Source: Candidatus Caldarchaeum sp.
Lineage (GTDB): Archaea; Thermoproteota; Nitrososphaeria_A; Caldarchaeales; Caldarchaeaceae
Direction: 5' to 3'
DNA: 64,000 nucleotides
Assembly (NCBI GenBank): GCA_038844785.1
Contig: JAWBRA010000007.1
Coordinates: forward strand, 1 to 64,000
The translations under genes and the position numbers were made by a program. Every line of letters starts with the position of its first letter. Within the stretch, counting starts at the first letter, position 1. The notes beneath the pieces are model-generated. The model made no database searches. It was not told the origin of the DNA and worked only from the letters and a program-made list of their open reading frames with translations. Shown here in pieces: positions 42,024 to 50,186 of the stretch.

Positions 42024-42334
42024 TTCAGCGGAGGCCGGTTCAGGATTGACCGACGCGCCCTGTTAATCCAGTAATAACCTATTAAGCTTGGAAATTTTTG
42101 TTAAATACCTAAACCCTGTAAGTTTCCTGAATGCTTTGCAATTTTTTCTTCCGTTTATCCATATGCCTTAGGTTCAGTCTTTTTTATACCTAAGCTTCAT
42201 TTCAATGCTGCCGTCTGCAGCAACAAGCCAGCGACGCATGCAATCGTCAACCCATGCACGTCACTTGCTCTTCCTATTTTAGGCAAAACCTTCCCTCGTA
42301 TGAGGGCGTGTCTCTGGTCCCTGTCGGCCCTCCT
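42024..42334 (-). other. 16S rRNA BHB intron at E. coli position 1205 (311 nt), decayed LAGLIDADG remnant
   Basis: CAGU-AU^A / GCUG-AA^G bulge-helix-bulge; splicing restores GGTCAGTATGCCCCGAA. Confidence 0.9.
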
Positions 42335-42591
42335 ATACTGACCTGCCGTGGCCCGCTCCTTCCTCCCCGTTTCCGGGGCAGTCCCCCCAGAGTGCTCGGC
42401 GCCTTCCGGCCCGGTCGCAACTGGGGGCGCGGGTCTCGTCCGTTGCCTGAATTAACAGGACACCTCACGGCACGCACTGGCGACGGCCATGCACCTCCTC
42501 TCAGCTCGTCAGGCAAGGCCTTCAACCTGGCCATCATCCTGCTGTCGCCCCCGGTAAGGTTTCCGGCGTTGACTCCAATTAAGCCGCAACG

Positions 42592-43260
<669 letters not shown>

Positions 43261-43410
43261 TTCGCGATGAGCACTTGCGCGGTCTTAGGATTTCAGCCTT
43301 GCGGCCGTACTCCCCAGGCGGCGGGCTTAATGGTTTCCCTTCTGCACCGGGATGGCCCGTAGCCATCCCGACGCCAAGCCCGCATCGTTTACGGCTGGGA
43401 CTACCGGGGT

Positions 43411-44153
43411 TTTTAGTGGGACCAAACGCGACTTATTTGAACAATTTTAGTTGGATGAAAAAGTCCGATTAAACTCACAAATTGGATTAAATCGTCTTTT
43501 CCGTAAATGTTAATTTCATATTCAATGTGTTTGCGTCTTGCTCTTTCTCTTACGCTGAATGAAATGTTTGTAAACGATAAAATTTTTTCACAAAAATTGA
43601 AAATATGCGATGATGCTGTAGTGAAATCTATCTCTGCTTGCCTTGCTCTCACGTGTGACTCTGCGTCGAACAACCCGCCAACCATCGCTCTTCGAAAGGA
43701 GATGTCCACTGTATCGCACCAGTTTGGAATTACCGCGTTCCTCAACGGACCTGTCGGCACTCCCATTATCTTCTCGAAATAGTTCAGAAGTAGTTTCGAC
43801 TTGGTGTGTGAATAATACGTGTTCCTTTTCTCGTCATGAAATATGTTTGGCGTCACGTTAAACAGGTCCTCGAACATTTTTCTTAGAACCGATGTATGAA
43901 AAATTAATTCGCGATCCGTAATAGTTAGTCGTCGATGCGAAAAGCTTCCGTCGCCATAGATAATTCCCAACAGCCTTCCAAGCTGTGGTGATATGTCATT
44001 CGGTAAACGTACAAGTTGTTGAGATCTTCCATAAACGTAGTAATTGCCGACTTGTTTGACCCGCCAGTTTTTTGCCACGAATTCATCGATTTTCTCCTTA
44101 AACACGGTTACCGAACATGTCATGAGACTTTATAACCGTCGCGGTGGTCCCAT
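43411..44153 (-). other. 16S rRNA BHB intron at ~E. coli position 793 (743 nt)
   Basis: UUAG-AU^A-UGGGACCA / UGGUCCCA-CUAA-AA^A; splicing restores GGATTAGATACCCCGGTAGTCC. Confidence 0.92.
43413..44123 (-). CDS. Intron-encoded LAGLIDADG homing endonuclease (two-motif)
   Basis: LLGIIYGDGS and MVGGLFDAES motifs; C-terminal FVSLIGLFHPTK. Confidence 0.9.
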   Translation of the reverse strand: MTCSVTVFKEKIDEFVAKNWRVKQVGNYYVYGRSQQLVRLPNDISPQLGRLLGIIYGDGSFSHRRLTITDRELIFHTSVLRKMFEDLFNVTPNIFHDEKRNTYYSHTKSKLLLNYFEKIMGVPTGPLRNAVIPNWCDTVDISFRRAMVGGLFDAESHVRARQAEIDFTTASSHIFNFCEKILSFTNISFSVRERARRKHIEYEINIYGKDDLIQFVSLIGLFHPTKIVQISRVWSH

Positions 44154-44536
44154 ATCTAATCCCGATCGCTCCCCCAGCTTTCGTCCCTCACCGTCGGGCG
44201 TGTTCTGGGCAGCCGCCTTCGCCACTGGTGGTCCTCCCGGGATCAGTGGATTTTACCCCTACCCCGGGAATACCGCTGCCCTCTCCCACCCCCAAGCCCG
44301 GCAGTCATCCGCGCGGCCCAGCAGTTGGGCTGCTGGATTTAACGCGGAGCACGCCGAGCCGGCTACGGACGCTTTAAGCCCAGTAATAGTCCTCACCACT
44401 CGCGGAGCGGGTATTACCGCGGCGGCTGACACCCGTCTTGCCCCCCGCTTATTCGCGCGGCTTTTTACACCGCGCAAAAGCCACCACGAGGGTGGCACTC
44501 GGGGTGACCCCGTCACGCGTTAGCGTATTGCGGAGT

Positions 44537-44568
<32 letters not shown>

Positions 44569-44909
44569 CTCTTGTCTCAGAGTCCATCTCCGGGCTCCCC
44601 CTCTCAGGGCCCGTACCCGTTATAGGCTTGGTGGGCCGTTACCCCACCAACAACCTGATGGGCCGCAGCCCCATCCCGAGGCATGCGCACAGGCATCCCC
44701 ATGCACATTTTTCGGCGAAAGGTCGTTCCAGAACCTTTCACCTATGGCGGTTTATGCCCCAGTTTCCCGGGGTTATCCGCCTCCTCGGGGTAGGTTGGCC
44801 ACGTGTTACTGAGCCGTACGCCAGGCCCGCAGATGGCTGCAGGCCTAGACTTGCATGGCTTAGTCTCACCCCGATAGCAGTGAGGTCCGGCAGGATCAAC
44901 CGGAGTCGT

Positions 44910-44953
44910 GCCTGGGTCGTACGGTGCGGAGGAGTTTGCGAGGGCTTGGCCCG
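44910..44953 (-). other. 5' arm of pre-16S processing stem (BHB)
   Basis: Complementary to 41643-41681: 12-bp outer helix, 4-bp central helix, two AAA bulges. Confidence 0.85.
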
Positions 44954-45102
44954 TGGTTAGACCTGAGCTCATCCCATGCTCGAGGTCCTCATCTTATGCC
45001 CCTGGTTGGAGGCCGTTCCCTCATTCCTTCGGGAGGGCCGCTCCCTTGGGTCTGGGTCGGAGCCGCCGTCTTGACCGGGGCAAATAATAGTGCGACAATG
45101 TT

Positions 45103-45120
45103 GTTTTTAAACATATCGCC
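45103..45120 (-). promoter_or_regulatory. Putative BRE/TATA promoter of the 16S gene
   Basis: GGCGATATG-TTTAAAAA on the minus strand ~25 nt before a GC-rich leader. Confidence 0.5.
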
Positions 45121-45153
45121 ATTTTTTATATCCCCCTAAGCCCTACGTTAGCC

Positions 45154-45615
45154 ATGCTCGGGCCTGAAGACCTAAAAAAGTTCATGGAAGCCAAGGGAGT
45201 AACTGGCGAGTTCATCCACCTCAAACCCCACGAAGCAAAAACGTCAGTTTCAGCTGCTGCAGCGGTCAACTGTGATGTGAGTAGAATCGCCAAGAACATC
45301 GTGCTGGTCGGGTCACGCGCCTATGTTTTAGTCATCTCGGGGGACAAAAAAATCGACTTGGAAAAATTCTCGAAAGCGGTGAACGAAAACGTGAGGCTAG
45401 CTAAACCCGACGAGGTCTTGAGAATTACTGGCTACGCCGTCGGAGGAGTTCCGCCTTTTGGACATCTTGACAGGGTGAAGATCTTCGTCGACTCTTCTGT
45501 CAAGCGTCACGACTTTGTCTACACCTCAGGGGGCGCAGACAACATGCTCTTGAAGATAAGGGTTGATGCGTTGCTGAATGTTGCTGAGGCAGAGGTCGTT
45601 GATGTCTCGAAGTGA
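45154..45615 (+). CDS. YbaK/EbsC-family aminoacyl-tRNA deacylase
   Basis: IAKNIV, VISGDKKID, TGYAVGGVPPFG, SGG. Confidence 0.9.
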   Translation: MLGPEDLKKFMEAKGVTGEFIHLKPHEAKTSVSAAAAVNCDVSRIAKNIVLVGSRAYVLVISGDKKIDLEKFSKAVNENVRLAKPDEVLRITGYAVGGVPPFGHLDRVKIFVDSSVKRHDFVYTSGGADNMLLKIRVDALLNVAEAEVVDVSK

Positions 45616-45676
45616 ACCAACATGTTCGACACAGTAGAACGAAATAACTTTATTTTAGCTGTTCTAACGATGTAAC

Positions 45677-45817
45677 ATGGTGAAGCTGTCTAAGACACGG
45701 TTTTGGGATGTTTTCTCGACCGTCGCCTATTTCCTAGCTTTCTTGCTAACGATGGTTCTGGTTGTTGGACTCGCTTTGTTTGTTATGATGCAGCCTCAGC
45801 TCCTTGGAATAGCGTGA
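45677..45817 (+). CDS. Small (46 aa) single-pass membrane protein, not in the ORF track
   Basis: MVKLSKTRFWDVFSTVAYFLAFLLTMVLVVGLALFVMMQPQLLGIA*; TATA-like TTTATTT ~22 nt upstream. Confidence 0.55.
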   Translation: MVKLSKTRFWDVFSTVAYFLAFLLTMVLVVGLALFVMMQPQLLGIA

Positions 45818-45851
45818 AGGATTTAAATAAAGGATGTTGAATGTTTTTGCT

Positions 45852-45968
45852 GGCGCCGGTCATAGGATGGGGGAAACGCCCGGTCTCAGCCGAACCCGGA
45901 AGCTAAGCCCCATCCGCACGGCATTAGTGAGGTGGGAGACCCCTCGCGAAAGCCGTGTGCCGGCGTCC
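45852..45968 (+). rRNA. rrf: 5S rRNA
   Basis: ~117 nt; terminal helix GGCGCCGG/CCGGCGTC; conserved CCGAACCCGGAAGCTAAG and GGGAGACC; TTTAAATA upstream. Confidence 0.92.
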
Positions 45969-45971
45969 AAA

Positions 45972-46487
45972 TTATGGTTTTAGAAGCATGGCCTCGGTAG
46001 CTTTTATAATGACGTATACCCGGTCTCCGCGCTTCACGTTTAAACGTTTCAGGCTTTCGGTTGTGACTACCGATTTTATTTCCTGCTGGCTGTCCAGACT
46101 TACGCGGACCATGCTGATAAGGCCGCTTTCAACAACCTCTTCGACATATCCACTCAGCATGTTTTTTGCGCTAAGCCTCGACTCTATTAAGGACTTGATA
46201 AAGCCTGGCTTTGTGCTTGACATTACAGTGTAGTATGACTCGAGCAGTTTGATCCCTATTTCAGTCAACTCGGTTTTCCCACCGTGTTTTCCACCCTTGA
46301 CCGATTTAACCGGCTTACCGCCGCATTCTCTCTCGATTTCCTTAAGCCAGTTTAACCCGGTCCTATAGCTTATGCCCGCATGACGGCATGCAGAGCTTAT
46401 GCTATAATTTCTCCTAATTTCGTCGAGGAATTCTAGACGCGAGGGCGGAATCCGGATTTTTCTGCCGTTAAGCTCTATGACAAACAT
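45972..46487 (-). CDS. ModE-like regulator (HTH + TOBE domain)
   Basis: SISSACRHAGISYR, GGKHGGKTELT, LSAKNMLSG, IIKATEAM. Confidence 0.88.
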   Translation of the reverse strand: MFVIELNGRKIRIPPSRLEFLDEIRRNYSISSACRHAGISYRTGLNWLKEIERECGGKPVKSVKGGKHGGKTELTEIGIKLLESYYTVMSSTKPGFIKSLIESRLSAKNMLSGYVEEVVESGLISMVRVSLDSQQEIKSVVTTESLKRLNVKRGDRVYVIIKATEAMLLKP

Positions 46488-46554
46488 GTCGATGTGTATC
46501 GTTATGTAAAATCCGACTAATATATTTAAAGCAGCCCATTATAATTGGTTATCC

Positions 46555-47412
46555 ATGGGAAAAATTAGCAGATCGACCGCCTTGGCAACGCTAATCCTGT
46601 CTTTAGGGTTGTTCATCGTGATGGCGATTGCTTTGCTTACAGAGCCGCCGGCCGCTGTTGTCTACTCTGCCCCTACCCTACGCGGTGTTTCGGATGAACT
46701 CGTCAAGATAGCTGGAATGCCGCTGGATGTTCAGGTTCATGGCAGCGTTTTCGCCGCAAACCTCATTAAATCAGGTAAAGTCCCAGACCTATTCCTGTCG
46801 GTCGATAGCGAGCTGAAAGAGGGGTTGAACTACAAGACCATTAAGCTGATAGGCGTCTACCGATTGGTTTTAGTCTGCGCAAAGAACTTTCAGGGACTCG
46901 ACGCCTTGAAAACTGTAAGAATAGGTATCGCTGACCCAAATCAAGCACCCATAGGATACAGGGCCCTCGCCGCGATGTATCTCATCTCAGAAAGAGAAGG
47001 CCTTGGGATCCTTCAAGAGTTGGAGTCGAAGCTAAATGTCAAATTTGTTTCCGACGATAATTCGGTCAGAATAGTCGCTTCAGAAATATCACCCTCGGGA
47101 AGGTTCTTCATGAGACCTAACTTAGATGTCGTAGGTTCGCTTTTAGAGTCGGGGGCGGTTGACTGTATTTTCGCCCATATCCCGTTCGTTATAGCACGCA
47201 ATCTCTTCAAGGACTACAACATGATAGAGCTACCAGAATACACAAGGTTCGACACAAACCCGCCAATAGACATGTCTGTTCAGCTGAAAAGCGGCCTAGT
47301 TAAAATAGTCAGGTTTGAAGCTGTTGCTCTGTCGTTTTCTGAGATGGGGGATAAATTGATTCAGTTGATCGACAGGATAGACGTTAGCAAATATGGTATC
47401 GTGGGAGGTTGA
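46555..47412 (+). CDS. Tungstate/molybdate ABC substrate-binding protein (WtpA-like)
   Basis: GSV, DLFLSVD, ADPNQAPIGYRA, LLESGAVD; N-terminal TM anchor. Confidence 0.8.
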   Translation: MGKISRSTALATLILSLGLFIVMAIALLTEPPAAVVYSAPTLRGVSDELVKIAGMPLDVQVHGSVFAANLIKSGKVPDLFLSVDSELKEGLNYKTIKLIGVYRLVLVCAKNFQGLDALKTVRIGIADPNQAPIGYRALAAMYLISEREGLGILQELESKLNVKFVSDDNSVRIVASEISPSGRFFMRPNLDVVGSLLESGAVDCIFAHIPFVIARNLFKDYNMIELPEYTRFDTNPPIDMSVQLKSGLVKIVRFEAVALSFSEMGDKLIQLIDRIDVSKYGIVGG

Positions 47413-48122
47413 GGCTTATGAAGACTTCGGTCCTGAAAACCGCTGTGGTTATAGCCGCCTTCTCCTACCCCTTGATATTACTAACACCTGGTTTTCTGTA
47501 TCCGGGGTTGTATTTAGCCCCAGACCCGATAACCCCCCTCGTTAACACAGTTGTTTTTTCATCGATCGCGACGGTCATGGCTTTTCCAGCTGCCTTAATT
47601 CTTGCTTTTTATGTCAGTAAACGTGGACTGGCCTGGATAACACCCCTCCTCACATTCTCGACAGCAATCCCCCACACAGCCCTAGGCCTGCTACTGCTAC
47701 CCTTGTTCACGCGACTCGGGTTTATCGACACAGCTCCCGCAATAATCATCTCAATGATTGTAGTATCGCTGCCAATAGGAATAGGTGTTCTAACATCTAC
47801 CTTCTCATCTGTTCAAAGATCGCTTGACGACTTTTTACAGCCACTCGGTTTAAGCGATCCGCAGATAATTTGGATGCATTTGCGGGCCATCCCGTCGGGC
47901 ATCGTGGTATCTAGCTTGCTGATGTGGTTGAGAAACTTTTCCGAGCTGGGTGTCTTTCTGATAGTGGCAAACAGGCCTCAAACGGTGGGAATTTACTTGT
48001 TCTCAATCTTCAACCAAGGTGGGGCTGCTGCATCCATTCTCTACGCCATACTGTTTGGATTGATAGGGCTCGCCTTCAGTTTTCTGCTCTATCTGGTGTC
48101 GCGTGGGACGCGGGTTGATTAA
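47409..48122 (+). CDS. Tungstate/molybdate ABC permease (WtpB/ModB-like)
   Basis: IPHTALG, WLRNFSELG; TM segments. Confidence 0.82.
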   Translation: MRLMKTSVLKTAVVIAAFSYPLILLTPGFLYPGLYLAPDPITPLVNTVVFSSIATVMAFPAALILAFYVSKRGLAWITPLLTFSTAIPHTALGLLLLPLFTRLGFIDTAPAIIISMIVVSLPIGIGVLTSTFSSVQRSLDDFLQPLGLSDPQIIWMHLRAIPSGIVVSSLLMWLRNFSELGVFLIVANRPQTVGIYLFSIFNQGGAAASILYAILFGLIGLAFSFLLYLVSRGTRVD

Positions 48123-48124
48123 CT

Positions 48125-48814
48125 ATGCTTAAGTTAATGGATCTCGAGGTAAGAAGAAGAAATTTTACGGTGTCGGTTGACCGTCTTGAGTTGGATGGGA
48201 GTTCTGTTTTATTGGGCCGAAACGGTTCAGGTAAATCAACTCTGCTTAGATGTATTGCGGGGTTCATCAAACCATCCAAAGGCAAGATAATCATAGATGG
48301 CGTGGACGTGACCGATACGCCGCCGGCCATGAGGGGAATAGGATACATGCCTCAAGAACAGGTGAAACTGCCTTTAAAACCATCTAAAGCACTGGAGTAT
48401 TTTGCTAAAAAATTTAACGTCGACCCATCAACTATCTTGAAGGAGTCTGGGCTGGATTATATTTTAGAAAAAGAAGCGTTGTCTGTTGGAGAGAGTCAGA
48501 TCATGAACGTGGCGATAATTTTGATGAGATGCCCTAAGTTGCTCCTCCTCGACGAGCCTACTTCGAACTTTGACTTCATCAACAAAATTGCTTTCTGCAG
48601 ATTCTTAAAGAAGCTATCCATTCCGATGGTTTATGTCACTCACGACCCGTTAGAAGCATCATTGATAGCTGACAGGATCTACCTCATGGAAAATGGGCTT
48701 GTAAAAAAGTCATACACAAACCTACTTAAGGAGAAGGCAGAGAAGATGCTGGAGGAATTTAACCTTTACAGATTGTTAGATTCGGTGGCTGATTTCCCTT
48801 TTCAAAGGGTGTAG
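48125..48814 (+). CDS. Tungstate/molybdate ABC ATPase (WtpC/ModC-like)
   Basis: GRNGSGKS, LSVGE, LLLDEP, VTHD. Confidence 0.85.
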   Translation: MLKLMDLEVRRRNFTVSVDRLELDGSSVLLGRNGSGKSTLLRCIAGFIKPSKGKIIIDGVDVTDTPPAMRGIGYMPQEQVKLPLKPSKALEYFAKKFNVDPSTILKESGLDYILEKEALSVGESQIMNVAIILMRCPKLLLLDEPTSNFDFINKIAFCRFLKKLSIPMVYVTHDPLEASLIADRIYLMENGLVKKSYTNLLKEKAEKMLEEFNLYRLLDSVADFPFQRV

Positions 48815-48852
48815 AAATAAACTTAAGTAGGTTGTTAGGATATCGTCTCCCG

Positions 48853-48954
48853 GGGGGTGTAGCCGAGCAAGGCCAAGGCGTCGGGCTCCAGATCACGTCC
48901 AGCTGGTCATGAGGCGCCACCCGAAGACCGTGGGTTCAAGTCCCACCACCCCCA
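48853..48954 (+). tRNA. tRNA-Trp(CCA) with 27-nt intron at 37/38 (48892-48918)
   Basis: Acceptor GGGGGTG/CACCCCC-A, anticodon stem TCGGG/CCCGA, T arm GTGGG-TTCAAGT-CCCAC. Confidence 0.88.
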
Positions 48955-49042
48955 AGCTCGTCCGAACCTGCTCTGAGATGTTCACACATATCATACCAAA
49001 CTTTTAAATCCTCTGGCTACCTTTTCAAAAACTGACATAATC

Positions 49043-49762
49043 ATGGTAGAGGTTGACGAAGGCATGAAGCGTGCGTTGATGAACACGATAGCCGGCGAGG
49101 TCATATTTTCCAGCCGGCCTGGTGACGTGCTGAAAAAATGGAGGCTTTTGTTTGAGGAAAGTCAGAAAAATCTTGCTGAGGCAATGGGGGTGGCTTCTTC
49201 GGTGCTGAGCGACTATGAGAAAAGCAGGCGAAAGTCTCCTGGAACAGAGTTCATCAAAAAATATGTTACTGCATTGATTTCTTTAGACGAAGCCAAGGGA
49301 GGGGAACATATCAAGAAGTTCGCCGGAGCTGTGAAGGATTTGTCAGGTATTGTTCTGGGTATGGCTGAGTATACCTCGCCCAAAACGCTTGAGCAGGTCA
49401 CCAAGGCTCTCAAAGGTGTATGGCTTGCTGGGCAGAGCTTGATGGATTCTTTTGTTTACGGATACACTGTCATCGACAGCCTCCAAGCTATTAGAAGGCT
49501 TGAATCACACGATTTTCTCCGGCTTTTCGGAGGCAACTCCGTAAGGGTTGTTGTTTTCACTAATGTTTCGAGAGGCCGTTCGCCTATAATAGCTGCTAAA
49601 ATCTTTCCAATAAGACCTAGGATGATAGCGATACATGGGCCTAAATCCGCTGAGGAAGTCGACAGGTTTGCAGTTGAGCTGGCTGCAGCAGAAGGCATAC
49701 CTTATGTACTGTCTCTGCATAAAAACGTGGAAGCGATTCTAAACGCTCTTAACTCGCTGTAG
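49043..49762 (+). CDS. Conserved archaeal XRE-type HTH regulator
   Basis: IAGEVIFS..PG..LKKWR, SVLSDYEKSRRKSPG, GYTVIDS, FTNVSRGRSP. Confidence 0.85.
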   Translation: MVEVDEGMKRALMNTIAGEVIFSSRPGDVLKKWRLLFEESQKNLAEAMGVASSVLSDYEKSRRKSPGTEFIKKYVTALISLDEAKGGEHIKKFAGAVKDLSGIVLGMAEYTSPKTLEQVTKALKGVWLAGQSLMDSFVYGYTVIDSLQAIRRLESHDFLRLFGGNSVRVVVFTNVSRGRSPIIAAKIFPIRPRMIAIHGPKSAEEVDRFAVELAAAEGIPYVLSLHKNVEAILNALNSL

Positions 49763-50186
49763 GAGCGGCCGTTCTTCTCACGAGCTTTGCGTTGAGTATT
49801 CCGTTGACATACCTTAGCTCACGTAGAATTGCTTCAAAAGGAAGTTTCACAGTCCTCTTGAACCCCATCCCACCGGTGAGAATAAGCTTTTTCCCCAGAA
49901 GCTCAACCTTCACCTTGCTCTCAGGTCCTGGAACCTGGGCAGTCAAATCCACAACGTCTCCCTCATGCCTTATCTCCAGCAGAAAGTCATCCCATGATGT
50001 GGCGCTGAAACTTTGGCGGAGCGCTTTGAACCAATAGAACGTAAGACCAACAGCCATGCCGCCGAGAACTAGGCCGAGGAGACCTGCCTGAAGCCTGAGT
50101 AACAAAGACAGTATGGCAATCACAACCAACGCGAGTAGGAGATAGCCGAAAAGATGCTGACCTCCTGCCTGAGTTCTGCTGCTCAA
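49749..50186 (-). CDS. Membrane-anchored Hsp20/alpha-crystallin-like protein
   Basis: Two N-terminal TMs; AQVPG, FKRTVKLP, YVNGIL. Confidence 0.65.
   Translation of the reverse strand: MSSRTQAGGQHLFGYLLLALVVIAILSLLLRLQAGLLGLVLGGMAVGLTFYWFKALRQSFSATSWDDFLLEIRHEGDVVDLTAQVPGPESKVKVELLGKKLILTGGMGFKRTVKLPFEAILRELRYVNGILNAKLVRRTAAPTAS

Noticed and set aside
46498-46525. Full ModE palindrome
   Set aside because: Only the left half site matches; reported as a half site only
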